NCBI GenBank assembly: GCA_023229505.1
Contig: JALNZD010000016.1
Coordinates: forward strand, 1,604 to 65,603
DNA: 64,000 bases
Direction: 5' to 3'
DNA from: Bacteroidales bacterium
GTDB lineage: Bacteria; Bacteroidota; Bacteroidia; Bacteroidales; JAGOPY01
Part shown: piece by piece, positions 1 through 9,408 of the stretch
Position numbering within the stretch: the stretch's first letter is position 1
How the letters are laid out: each line of letters begins with the position of its first letter
Notes under the pieces: model-generated
What the model was told of the DNA's origin: nothing
Database searches by the model: none
The model's input: only the letters and a program-made list of their open reading frames with translations
Made by a program: the position numbers and the translations under genes

Positions 1-366
1 TTTAATGATGAACCAGAACCACCTCAACGAACATCTTATAGTCCAGAGACAGGTAAAGTGATAATTTATGTCAATTTTCCTTCAGTTTTGCATTATGTAG
101 GTAATAATTGCCAATATAGAAAATCCTTACCCGCTCAGGTTTTAATAGCCGACCTGGTATCTGAAAGATGTTTTCATGAAATAGCGAAAAAAAAGGTAGA
201 AATGAGTGGTGCTTTAAATCCTCGGCATATTTATGATTTAATACAAAGAAATGCAAATGAACTTTCTAAAAAGCATGGTAAAAAGGTGCATGAATCATTG
301 GTTGATCAAAAACTTGTAAAAGAAGCTAAGTTAAACTCTCGAAGTCAAATAGATGAAGCAAAATAA
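1..366 (+). CDS. C-terminal end of a larger hypothetical protein (5' partial, runs off the window)
   Basis: Frame 1 is open from base 1 with no stop through 366. The track ORF 58..366 starts at an internal GTG. No motif could be assigned. The region is AT-rich and looks accessory. Confidence 0.5.
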   Translation, partial: FNDEPEPPQRTSYSPETGKVIIYVNFPSVLHYVGNNCQYRKSLPAQVLIADLVSERCFHEIAKKKVEMSGALNPRHIYDLIQRNANELSKKHGKKVHESLVDQKLVKEAKLNSRSQIDEAK

Positions 367-376
367 TTCTAATTCA

Positions 377-509
377 CCTAACGAACCGGCAGCCGAGCAA
401 TGCGGGGCATCCTGGTTAAATAAACTGGTTGTGGCTAATAGACATGAAAACGAAACTCGAATATAAAATCTGCTAATGCCCGCACTGCGGCTGCCAGCAA
501 GGCGTTAGG
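377..509 (+). repeat. attC-like imperfect palindrome (about 133 bp)
   Basis: Outer 7-bp pair CCTAACG (377-383) / CGTTAGG (503-509). Then an asymmetric unpaired spacer (5 vs 8 nt). Then GCAGCCG (389-395) / CGGCTGC (488-494). Then GCGGGGCAT / ATGCCCGC with one bulged G, closing a loop of about 65 nt. It lies directly 3' of an ORF on the same strand. Confidence 0.35.
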
Positions 510-587
510 AGCAATACTAATCGCAACTCCGACCAATAGTGCTAAATCATAAAGTTTCGCTTTTAGGACATACGGACAACTAACAAC

Positions 588-1862
588 ATGGACAGATTAA
601 ATTACTTCAACCCATATAAATCAAAAGGTGGCTATCACGAAGACCAGCTAACTAGAGCATATCTTGTTTTGCTTAAACATTCAAGCCATGCATTTTTTAC
701 TTTCATTGAATATTGTCGGAGCAGACACATTACTTCAAAAACTGAAAAACCAATTTCTATTCTTTATTTTTTAGAGCAGGGTTGGGAAATTAAAACTCAA
801 AAAAGTAATCCCGACATCAACACAAATTATTTGCTTTCAATTCTCATCACTGACTCTCAGGTTACGGAAAATGATACAAATATTCAGTCAAGTGAAAGAA
901 ACGCAAGGTATGACGGCATAATTACTTTCGGAAGCAACTTGACAATGGTAATTGAAAACAAACCTCGTTCAGGCAATGTTTGGTTCGGACAGTTAAATCC
1001 TTCAAGACAAAATCTTGCGGAAGACACGATAGTTTATTCTAATCCGACCGTTTTAGAATGGAAGGAAATTATCAAGCAACTAAATCTTCTGCTAACTGTT
1101 CAGACCATTTCGGGCTACGAGAAAATAATGATTGAAGATTTCCTTTCTTTCATTGACGAGAATTTTCCTTTCCTCAATCCTTATGACAGTTTCTATCAAT
1201 GTAAAGGAAACACAGAACTGCTAAACAGAAGAATTAACAATCTGCTAAAATCAATTTCGCTGGACGAAAGCAAGGTAAATTATCATAGAGGTTGGGGCTA
1301 TTACATTCATACATCCTACCAACAAATTCAAGAAATCGGTTTAATCCTTGCTCAAAAAGAAAACGAATGGTGGATTGAATTGAGTTTATACTTTGGTGAT
1401 TCACAAAGACAAGCAATTTCATTTTACTATTCCAAACATTAATCATCTCAAAGACACTGATTGGGCTTTTTATCCTAACTTCCATGTTTCATTCATGACT
1501 TCAAACTTGGTTTGGTTTCATTCAGACGACAGCGAACATTATTTGCAATTCTGGAAAGACAATGTCGGAGAAATTTATCAGCAGAAAAGAGACGATGTGC
1601 CGAAATATTTAAAATGGTTAGCGGATGAAAAGGTAATCAACATGACAAAGAAGTTGAAGAAAAATTAGATGAAAAGTTTTACGACACAGCAATGCAGACA
1701 TTAAACATTTGCCCTGGATTCGGAGTTATTTACACATTTAATTCTTCAGAGGCAGAAGAATTTGACAGAAGCGGAAAACTGAAATTCATTCTTGCAGAAA
1801 AAATAAGAGAAGGTTTGAAGGTTGTCGGACTTGATGGAAACGATTTACTTAAAAATATTTAG
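588..1862 (+). pseudogene. PD-(D/E)XK-like nuclease family gene interrupted by two compensating frameshifts
   Basis: Frame 0 runs 588-1442, frame 1 runs 1393-1668, then frame 0 resumes at about 1629-1862. Both switches fall near A-rich runs (acaaagac, acaaagaag). Motif RYDGII...NLTMVIENKP fits D-x(n)-E-x-K. The N-terminal YHEDQLTRAYLVLLKHS resembles PDDEXK family N-termini. Confidence 0.5.
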
Positions 1863-1925
1863 ACCTCTAACAAACATGACAGCAAACTTGAAACATTATC
1901 GCTTCGGACAGACAGCCGCACATGA

Positions 1926-2041
1926 CCATAACAGCGGCTTGCGGCAATAGCGGTTGACGAGCAAATTGAAAGTGTGTGCAAGTAATTATCTTTGTAGCAG
2001 GTGGACAATCCGCCACTGACCGCAAGCCGCAACATATTAGG
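1926..2041 (+). repeat. second attC-like imperfect palindrome
   Basis: Perfect 11-bp stem GCGGCTTGCGG (1935-1945) / CCGCAAGCCGC (2020-2030), with partial extension on both sides. It ends in ATTAGGC, compared with GTTAGGA at the first element. It sits directly 3' of the frameshifted ORF. Confidence 0.3.
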
Positions 2042-2143
2042 CCTAATTTATTTTAATATGAATACTAAAAGAGATAAGATTTGGTATTTCCTATCTGATG
2101 CCAAAACCAATGAATTTCTTTAATCCTTGCTTTTAAAATACTA

Positions 2144-2228
2144 TTAAAAGTGTGATTTATCATCATAAGATGATTTAGTAAAGTTATTTTTCTCAAATTT
2201 TTTAAGAATTCTCAGCGCCTCCCCCGTC
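2144..2228 (-). pseudogene. HicA-like toxin remnant (no start codon, truncated)
   Basis: The reading immediately after the hicB stop gives GEALRILKKFEKNNFTKSSYDDKSHF*. This resembles the HicA N-terminus (ELIKxLEKxGF...GSHxxF) but stops after about 28 aa. Confidence 0.3.
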
Positions 2229-2432
2229 TTAGCGGTTGTTGTATATTTGAAGGAATTCCTCCGGTTCCAGGCACATGTCAATAACTTCCCTGATATTCGC
2301 CAAAGCTTCGTCAATAGTTTTGCCAAATGAATGACAGCCCTTAAAAACAGGGCAACTAACGATGTAAACATTATCTTCGTCCTGTTCAATAAGTATCGGA
2401 AGGTGTAAGATTTTATTTTTAGTCTTGCTCAT
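2229..2432 (-). CDS. hicB: HicB-family (UPF0150) antitoxin
   Basis: MSKTKNKILHLPILIEQDEDNVYIVSCPVFKGCHSFGKTIDEALANIREVIDMCLE matches the small HicB fold signature. The start was moved to the internal ATG at 2432. Confidence 0.7.
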   Translation of the reverse strand: MSKTKNKILHLPILIEQDEDNVYIVSCPVFKGCHSFGKTIDEALANIREVIDMCLEPEEFLQIYNNR

Positions 2433-2720
2433 CGTAAATATTGTTTTTTTACTCAAAATACCGAAGTAGCTGTACAAAGATAACCATAAAATGTTGCTGA
2501 AATTTATACACGTCCCTTATAATCTATTTTCGATAAGGTGAAATCCTTACAGACAAGCCCTGATAAAAAAAAGTGTCGATTTACCGATTTGCCGAATTTC
2601 AAATTTCAATTTTCAATTTGTATGATCGGGGGATTAATATATATTTTCAATGATATTTGCGATTGAGACGGAATTTTGATAATTTTGTCAGAAATGAACT
2701 TAAACCCGGCAAATTGACTT

Positions 2721-3008
2721 ATGGATCTTGTGGAAGGATATCTTCAGAAACTTGAGGAGAAAATAAGGCAACTTGCTGAGGATCACCAAAAAATAAAAAC
2801 TGAGAAAGATCTATTGATCAAACAATCGGTCATTCAACTTAAAACAATTGAAGAGCAGAAAGAAGAGAAAGAAAATTTAAAAAAGCAGGTCCAGGCGTTG
2901 AAGATTGCCAAATCCGTCGAATCAACTCAGGAGACGGGCAAGGTAAAGGACAAGATTCGGGACCTGGTGCGGGAAATTGACCGGTGTATTGAACTGTTAA
3001 ATAAATAA
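2721..3008 (+). CDS. small coiled-coil protein upstream of zapA (ZapB-like role is speculative)
   Basis: 95 aa, with heptad-rich charged sequence. It ends 24 bp before zapA. Confidence 0.55.
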   Translation: MDLVEGYLQKLEEKIRQLAEDHQKIKTEKDLLIKQSVIQLKTIEEQKEEKENLKKQVQALKIAKSVESTQETGKVKDKIRDLVREIDRCIELLNK

Positions 3009-3032
3009 TGAAACTGGGGCATTGGAAGGGAC

Positions 3033-3320
3033 ATGGAAGAGCTTACCATCACGGTAAATATTGCCGACAGGCCTTACAGGTTAAAAATCAAAAGGGAAGA
3101 AGAAGAAGTCATCCGGAAAGCAGTTAAGGAAATTGAGCAAAGGATCAGGGAATATTCGGAGCACTTCGCCTTTAATGATAAGCAGGACCTGATGGCGATG
3201 GTATTGTTGCATTACGCGTCAACCGTCCAGAAACTTGAAAGTGACCTTTTATCCGGAGAAAATATGGTTATAACACGGCTTCAGAAGATGGAGCAATTAA
3301 TCACGACACATCCGGATTAG
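3033..3320 (+). CDS. zapA: cell division protein ZapA
   Basis: ITVNIADRPYRLKIKREEEE...DKQDLMAMVLLHYA is the typical ZapA core. Confidence 0.85.
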   Translation: MEELTITVNIADRPYRLKIKREEEEVIRKAVKEIEQRIREYSEHFAFNDKQDLMAMVLLHYASTVQKLESDLLSGENMVITRLQKMEQLITTHPD

Positions 3321-3364
3321 CAGTTCGATCCCACGCGTTCTTTGAAAATATCAGAAAAGAAATT

Positions 3365-3559
3365 TACCCGCATTAATCCAATTCTGGTTTGATAAATCAA
3401 CATGATCAAAATCAGGGTACGACTTACCGGCGCAAGGACAGGCCTCAACCAGCTTCATTGCTGGATTCACTTTAGTGGACAGTGGACGTTCGAACATCCG
3501 GGGCGACCCTAGCCATAATAATTTGGGTTTATCCCAAACCCCTGGATTAATAGCGGGTA
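3365..3559 (+). ncRNA. ssrS: candidate 6S RNA (ssrS)
   Basis: There is a 290-bp gene-free gap between zapA and rny. A long-range closing helix is formed by TACCCGC+ATTAATCCA (3365-3380) pairing with TGGATTAAT+AGCGGGTA (3543-3559). It is extended by GGTTTG/CAAACC, with internal AGGGT/ACCCT pairing around a central unpaired region and a T-run after the 3' arm. The length is about 195 nt. zapA-ssrS synteny is known from other bacteria. Confidence 0.55.
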
Positions 3560-3611
3560 TTTTTATGAACATTAGTCAACTTAATCATATACTTCTAATC
3601 ATTACTGAACC

Positions 3612-5156
3612 ATGAACCAAATATTAATTTACCTACTAGATGGATTGGCAGGACTGGTACTTGGAGTGGTGATCGGATCTTTTATCTTACGAAAGCTTAA
3701 CGCCGGGAAACTGGAAACCATAATGCATGAGGCAGAAGAAAAAGCTGAAGTAATAAAGAAAGAGAAGATCCTGCAAGCCAAGGAAAGGTTTCTTGAATTA
3801 AAAACAGAGCACGAAAAAGCCGTTAATGAAAGAAACAACGCCGTCCAGATAAACGAAACCAGGCTAAAACAGAAAGAAACCCTTATCTCTCAAAAATTTG
3901 AGGAAAACCAGCGAAAACAAAATGAAATCACCGCCATTAGGGAAAACCTTAATAATCAATTAGAAATCATAACAAAAAAGCAGTCAGAATATGACCGTGC
4001 GGTAAAGGAGCAGGTCGAAAAACTTGAGGTCATTGCGGGACTTTCTGCTGCGGAAGCTAAGGAACAGATCATTGAAACACTGAGGGAAGAGGCTAAATCT
4101 GAAGCACTGGTCTACATCAAGGACACTATCGAGGAAGCCAAGATCACAGCCCAGCGGGAAGCAAAGAAGATCGTGATTGAAACTATACAGCGGACTGCGG
4201 CTGAACATGCTATAGAAAATACCGTATCTGTTTTTCCATTGGAAAACGACGATGTCAAAGGACGTATTATCGGCCGGGAAGGCCGGAACATCAGAGCATT
4301 GGAAGCGCTTACCGGGGTAGAGATCATCATCGATGATTCGCCGGAAGCCATTATTTTATCAGGTTTTGACCCTGTCAGAAGGGAAATTGCCAGGCTCTCG
4401 CTGCATAAACTTGTTACTGACGGTCGTATTCACCCGGCCAGGATTGAGGAAGTAGTTGCTAAAACTACAAAGCAGATCGAGCAGGAAGTTATAGAAATCG
4501 GCAAAAGGACCTGTATCGATCTCGGTATCCACAACCTGCATAATGAACTGGTCAGGATGATCGGTAAAATGAAATACCGCTCTTCATACGGACAAAACCT
4601 CCTGGCCCACTCTATCGAAGTGGCAAAGCTTAGCGCGACGATGGCGGCTGAGCTGGGGCTCAATCCCAAAATGGCTAAAAGGGCAGGATTACTTCACGAT
4701 ATAGGAAAAGTGCCTGACAATGAGCCGGATTTGCCGCATGCAATACTTGGCATGAAGCTGGCTGAAAAATTCAAGGAGAACCCCGAGATTTGCAATGCAA
4801 TCGGTGCACATCATGATGAAATCGAGATGGAATCGCTGATCGCACCAATCGTTCAGGTTTGTGATGCCATTTCCGGCGCAAGGCCTGGAGCCCGGCGCGA
4901 AGTGGCTGAAGCCTATATCCAAAGGCTCAATAAACTCGAAAACCTCGCCCTTTCCTATCCCGGTGTGGTAAAAACTTATGCCATCCAGGCAGGTCGTGAA
5001 CTGAGGGTTATCGTTGGTGCCGATAAAATATCAGATAATGATGCCAGTAAGATATCCTACGAATTATCCAGGAAGATCCAGGATGAGATGACTTATCCGG
5101 GGCAGATCAAAATTACTGTTATACGGGAAACCCGGGCGGTGAATTACGCGAAATGA
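3612..5156 (+). CDS. rny: ribonuclease Y
   Basis: N-terminal TM helix, long coiled coil, KH domain ([15 protein letters not shown]) and HD domain (LLHDIGK...GAHH). Confidence 0.95.
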   Translation: MNQILIYLLDGLAGLVLGVVIGSFILRKLNAGKLETIMHEAEEKAEVIKKEKILQAKERFLELKTEHEKAVNERNNAVQINETRLKQKETLISQKFEENQRKQNEITAIRENLNNQLEIITKKQSEYDRAVKEQVEKLEVIAGLSAAEAKEQIIETLREEAKSEALVYIKDTIEEAKITAQREAKKIVIETIQRTAAEHAIENTVSVFPLENDDVKGRIIGREGRNIRALEALTGVEIIIDDSPEAIILSGFDPVRREIARLSLHKLVTDGRIHPARIEEVVAKTTKQIEQEVIEIGKRTCIDLGIHNLHNELVRMIGKMKYRSSYGQNLLAHSIEVAKLSATMAAELGLNPKMAKRAGLLHDIGKVPDNEPDLPHAILGMKLAEKFKENPEICNAIGAHHDEIEMESLIAPIVQVCDAISGARPGARREVAEAYIQRLNKLENLALSYPGVVKTYAIQAGRELRVIVGADKISDNDASKISYELSRKIQDEMTYPGQIKITVIRETRAVNYAK

Positions 5157-5200
5157 ATTTTTTTTACTTTAGCCAATCTTTTAGTTAATCCCGGATTCTA

Positions 5201-6637
5201 ATGGCATCAGAAGGCCAGTTTAAGAAATCACTCAATCTCTTTGATTCAGCGGCCATCACCATGGGCTCTATGATCGGATCCGGGATTTTCATTGTAAGCG
5301 CCGATATCGCAAGGAACGTGGGCTCCCCGGGCTGGCTGCTGGTCGTATGGGCAATAACGTTGGTCATGACTGTTCTGGCTGCCGTAAGTTACGGAGAACT
5401 GGCAAGCATGCTGCCCCATGCCGGCGGCATTTATGTTTACCTCCGTGAGGCCTATTCCCCCCTGTTCGGTTTCCTGTATGGCTGGACGTTTTTCCTGGTC
5501 ATTCAATGCGGAACGATCGCTGCAGTGGCAATGGCTTTTGCCAAGTTTACCGGTGTTCTTCTGCCGGTAATCTCGGAACATAATACGGTGCTGGACTTAG
5601 GTTTTTTTAAGTTTAACTCAACCCAGCTTTTGGCTATTATTATGATCCTGGTCCTTACCTGGATCAATACCAGGGGGATCAAGGAAGGCAAGCGCGTTCA
5701 GAATATCTTTACCTATTCCAAGGTGTTGATCCTGCTGGCTTTTATTGTAATCGGTATCTATGTTGCCAAAGCCACCCAGCTCAATATTTTCCATTCACCT
5801 GATTTCTGGGATGCTGCACGGGTCGAGGATGGCGTACAGATCCCTGTAAAAGGCTTTTCTTTGCTCATTGCCGTAGGAATGGCCATGGTGGGCTCACTTT
5901 TTGCTGCTGATGCATGGTACAATATTACCTATACTTCAGATGAGGTGATCAATCCCAAAAAGACGATCGCCCGCAGTCTCTTTATTGGCTCCCTGACTGT
6001 TTGCCTGATCTATTTTTTGGTCAATGTGGTTTATATTATTGCACTGCCAGTCAGGGGTATCCCCGAAGGAGCGACAGTACTGGAAAGAGGTATCCAGTTT
6101 GCCAGTGAAGACAGGGTTGCCACAGCAGCTATCTACGGTATATTCGGAAAAAATACCGAACTGCTCATGGCTGTAGTAGTGGTTATTTCCACCTTTGGCT
6201 GCAATAACGGAATTATCCTTGCCGGTGCACGGGTAACTTTTGCCATGGCTAAAGACCGGCTGTTCTTCAAAAGAACCGGTGAACTCAGCAGTAAGGGCGT
6301 CCCCGCGTTTGCCTTGTGGATACAGGCCGGATGGGCAACCATCCTTTGTCTGACAGGCAGTTACAGCCAACTGCTCGATTATGTGATCTTTGCCGCGCTG
6401 ATCTTCTATGTCCTGGTCATCTTTTCTGTATTTGTTCTCAGAAAAAAACATCCGGAATGGGAGCGGCCGTATAAAGCATTCGGCTTCCCGGTATTCCCTA
6501 TTATTTACATAGCCGCCTGCCTGCTGATCATTATTATACTGTTGGTTTATAAGCCTTTATTCACCTGGCCGGGATTAGTCATAGTTCTTTCAGGTGTGCC
6601 TGTGTACTATTTGTGGAAAAGGCGGAAACCAACTTAG
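5201..6637 (+). CDS. APC-superfamily amino acid permease (LAT/SteT-like)
   Basis: 478 aa and polytopic. The N-terminal motif AITMGSMIGSGIFIVSADIA is typical of APC transporters. Confidence 0.85.
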   Translation: MASEGQFKKSLNLFDSAAITMGSMIGSGIFIVSADIARNVGSPGWLLVVWAITLVMTVLAAVSYGELASMLPHAGGIYVYLREAYSPLFGFLYGWTFFLVIQCGTIAAVAMAFAKFTGVLLPVISEHNTVLDLGFFKFNSTQLLAIIMILVLTWINTRGIKEGKRVQNIFTYSKVLILLAFIVIGIYVAKATQLNIFHSPDFWDAARVEDGVQIPVKGFSLLIAVGMAMVGSLFAADAWYNITYTSDEVINPKKTIARSLFIGSLTVCLIYFLVNVVYIIALPVRGIPEGATVLERGIQFASEDRVATAAIYGIFGKNTELLMAVVVVISTFGCNNGIILAGARVTFAMAKDRLFFKRTGELSSKGVPAFALWIQAGWATILCLTGSYSQLLDYVIFAALIFYVLVIFSVFVLRKKHPEWERPYKAFGFPVFPIIYIAACLLIIIILLVYKPLFTWPGLVIVLSGVPVYYLWKRRKPT

Positions 6638-6647
6638 CCCTTCATGA

Positions 6648-9113
6648 TCATTCAGATACCATTTTGTGTATCTTTTCCTGCACCACCCTGGTTATCTCGT
6701 CACTGCTGAAACCCTTAGGGTAGATTGGCTTTGAAAAGCTTACACTGATCCGGCTGAATGGGCGGGGAAAGATGGCCCTGCCGGGCATGGCACGATAAGC
6801 CCCGTTAATGGCCACGGGAACAACCGGTATGTTGAGCTCTTTGCTGAGAATGGCAAAAGTCTTTTTGAATTCCCCCAACCTGCCGGTTTTCGTCCGCGTA
6901 CCTTCCGGGAAAATGATGACATTTTTACCCTTCTTCAATACCTCTGCAAGCTTTTGTATGGATTCTTTCAGATCCTTATTGACATCCATGACGATGACAT
7001 TATTCGTGTTCGCCAGAAACTGAAGGAAACTGTTGTTTACATGTTTCTTCTTCGCATAGAAATAGCTGTTTTTCAGCGTTTTCATCTTAAGTGCCGCTAA
7101 AATATACAAGCCGTCGAAAAAACTCTGGTGATTGGGAGTGATAATGCATGGCCCTTCAGGCACATTCTGAGCGCCATCGCTTTTTAAACGGGAATATATG
7201 GAGAAAAATCCCCGGGCTGAACTTTTAAGAACCGCTAACGTCGGCCATGTCTTCGGCAGTTTCACCTGCACTTTTTCTTTCAGTGCAGCTGCCCAGTTGG
7301 TTACATCAGCATGGTGCCAGCGCTTATTATTTTTGATGTGTTCGACGAGTGACTTGACCGAAGCAAACTTCGCCAGGTTTTCTTCTTCGATTTTTACCCC
7401 GAAAGTTTTTTCGATAAAGTCTATGAGGCTAAGCTTCCCAAGAGAGTCAAGGGCAATGTCGAACTCCAGGTGGTCGTCCGGGGAAATATCCATATCTACC
7501 TGGCTCTCAATGAATGATTTTACTGCAAGGTATTCTTCAGAACCCGCATCTTCATAGGATTTTCCCGCTCTTTTTTGCTTTTCTCCCAGCAAGTTCTCCA
7601 GCTTGAAACGCTGGATCTTTCCGAGGCGTGTCCTGGGCAATTCTTCCTTTACCAGTGAAAACTGCATAATCCTTTTGTACGAAGTAAGTTCACGGTTAAA
7701 ATCAGGCAAAATCTGTTCCCGGAAGTAGTTTTCGGGATTTTCCACCCCCTCTTCAGATAGAATTTTATAATCGGGATAGATGACAGCAAAGAAGATATCA
7801 TGATGTAAAAACACCCCGGCTTCTTTTATACAGGCTACATTTTTCTCCAGTTTAAATTCCAGTTCTACCGGATTAATATTCTTGCCATTAGGCAGCACGA
7901 TGATCTCTTTTTTCCTGCCGGTGATACGCAGATATCCTTTTTCATCGATCTCACCGAGGTCGCCGGTATAAAGCCAGCCATCCCTGAGGACTTCGGCCGT
8001 TTCTTCCGGCCGGTTGTAATATCCCTGCATGATATTCGGTCCTTTGGCCACAATTTCTCCGTCGCGGATTTCAACTGTCAAACCCGGAAGTGCTTGTCCT
8101 GCTGTACCAATAATAGCATGGCCCGGTCTCGGAAAGGTAATCATCGGTGCGGCTTCAGTCATACCATAACCTTCAAGCACTTCAAAACCCAATACCTGGA
8201 AGAAATGCCCTGCATCTTTATTCAAAGCAGCCCCGCCGGCAACCATGATCTCGAGGTGTCCTCCGAGTCCCTCGTGCACTCTTTTGAAGATCTTCATAGC
8301 CAGCCACTTGCTATGGGATAGTTTGACCAAGCGGTAAAAGATCCTTCCTATGGCTTTGGCATCGATCTTTGCTTTGATTCCCCGGTAAAGCAGTTCATAC
8401 AACCTGGGAACGCCTATCATGATCTTTACCTGGTTATTTTTCAAAGTTTCGATGATGTCTGAAGACTGCATGGAAGGAGCCATAACTACAGTGCCTCCGG
8501 CGGACAATGGCGCCATCATCGATCCCATCAGGGGAAAAATATGATGCAATGGAAGCAGCATCAGCACCTGGCGGTCAGCATTAAAGATCTTAACATCATC
8601 CGTTACCGCCTTTAAGTTGGCAATCAGGTTTGCGAAAGACAACATAACGCCTTTTGGGCTTCCCGTAGTTCCGGAAGTGTATATGATCACAGCAGTCTTT
8701 TCGGCGTGGGCAGGCAATTCCCAGGATAAATCCGAAAGTGTTTCGTCACCGGGAATATCTTCGAAGAAGATGATTTCAGGAAGATAGTCCATCTTTCCAA
8801 TCATTTTTTCCCAGGATTTGCTCATGCCCCGGCTGGCGAAGATCAATTCCGGGCGACAATCATTGATGATATAGGCGGCATCTTCCGCCGACGAGAGGAA
8901 ATCAATCGGAACCACGATGGCATCATTCTGCCAGGCCGCATAAAAAGTATATATCCATTCAGGGCGGTTTTCCGAAAACAAGGCTATCTTTTGATATCCT
9001 TTTCCTGAGAACAAGCCTGCAAATCTGTTTATTTGACGGATGAGGCTGCGATATGTAACCGTTTGATCTTTAGTGATCAGAGCCGGTTTGTCAAAATAGT
9101 TGGTATTGATCAT
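6648..9113 (-). CDS. tri-domain fusion: AMP-dependent acyl-CoA/ACP synthetase + carrier (PP-binding-like) domain + PlsC-type acyltransferase
   Basis: AMP-binding motifs YTSGTTGSPKGV and GWLYTGD. A middle region LDSLGKLSLIDFIE looks like a carrier-protein serine motif. The C-terminus has NHQSFFDG (HxxxxD acyltransferase) and FPEGTRT. The start was set at MINTNYF (9113), because the 60 aa upstream are translated tandem repeat. Confidence 0.8.
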   Translation of the reverse strand: MINTNYFDKPALITKDQTVTYRSLIRQINRFAGLFSGKGYQKIALFSENRPEWIYTFYAAWQNDAIVVPIDFLSSAEDAAYIINDCRPELIFASRGMSKSWEKMIGKMDYLPEIIFFEDIPGDETLSDLSWELPAHAEKTAVIIYTSGTTGSPKGVMLSFANLIANLKAVTDDVKIFNADRQVLMLLPLHHIFPLMGSMMAPLSAGGTVVMAPSMQSSDIIETLKNNQVKIMIGVPRLYELLYRGIKAKIDAKAIGRIFYRLVKLSHSKWLAMKIFKRVHEGLGGHLEIMVAGGAALNKDAGHFFQVLGFEVLEGYGMTEAAPMITFPRPGHAIIGTAGQALPGLTVEIRDGEIVAKGPNIMQGYYNRPEETAEVLRDGWLYTGDLGEIDEKGYLRITGRKKEIIVLPNGKNINPVELEFKLEKNVACIKEAGVFLHHDIFFAVIYPDYKILSEEGVENPENYFREQILPDFNRELTSYKRIMQFSLVKEELPRTRLGKIQRFKLENLLGEKQKRAGKSYEDAGSEEYLAVKSFIESQVDMDISPDDHLEFDIALDSLGKLSLIDFIEKTFGVKIEEENLAKFASVKSLVEHIKNNKRWHHADVTNWAAALKEKVQVKLPKTWPTLAVLKSSARGFFSIYSRLKSDGAQNVPEGPCIITPNHQSFFDGLYILAALKMKTLKNSYFYAKKKHVNNSFLQFLANTNNVIVMDVNKDLKESIQKLAEVLKKGKNVIIFPEGTRTKTGRLGEFKKTFAILSKELNIPVVPVAINGAYRAMPGRAIFPRPFSRISVSFSKPIYPKGFSSDEITRVVQEKIHKMVSE

Positions 9114-9177
9114 GAAGGTAGGAAATGGTACTCGAATATCACAAAGATATGACTTTTTCGAACAAAACTTGAAATTT

Positions 9178-9260
9178 GTAACGGTGAAACGGTGGAACAG
9201 TGAAACGGTGAAACGGTGGAATGGTGAAACCTTGAAACACGTAACACGTAACACGTAACA
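9178..9260. repeat. intergenic microsatellite block: (GGTGAAAC-like)x5 followed by (ACGTAAC)x3
   Basis: Direct reading: gtaacggtgaaacggtggaacagtgaaacggtgaaacggtggaatggtgaaaccttgaaacacgtaacacgtaacacgtaac. Confidence 0.9.
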
Positions 9261-9408
9261 TTGTATAGCCCCTCCCTTTCGGAGATACCTCATAAAGTCT
9301 TTATAACCGCAGAGACGCGGAGGCTCGGAGAATTAATTTTCCTCAATTAATTCAACAATCAAATTGAATTCATATTTTTGACAAGATAAAGGTTAAAAAT
9401 TCACCCTT

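Noticed and set aside
1393-1668. 91-aa ORF treated as an independent gene
   Set aside because: It overlaps the end of the 588..1442 frame and continues its reading logic. It is better interpreted as the middle segment of one frameshifted gene.
3351-3572. 73-aa minus-strand ORF between zapA and rny
   Set aside because: It has no recognisable motif and exactly overlaps the region that folds into a 6S-like long helix. It is better explained as an ncRNA locus.
9178-9260. Tandem repeat blocks considered as a possible CRISPR array (the same question applies to 24736-24819 and 36019-36078)
   Set aside because: The units are only 6-8 nt with no spacers. There are no cas genes in the window.
9114-9293. 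60-aa N-terminal extension of the acyl-ligase fusion ORF (MRYLRKGG...FHRFTVSLFHRFTV)
   Set aside because: The extension is simply the translated GGTGAAAC/ACGTAAC microsatellite. A conserved-looking start, MINTNYFDKP, follows at 9113.
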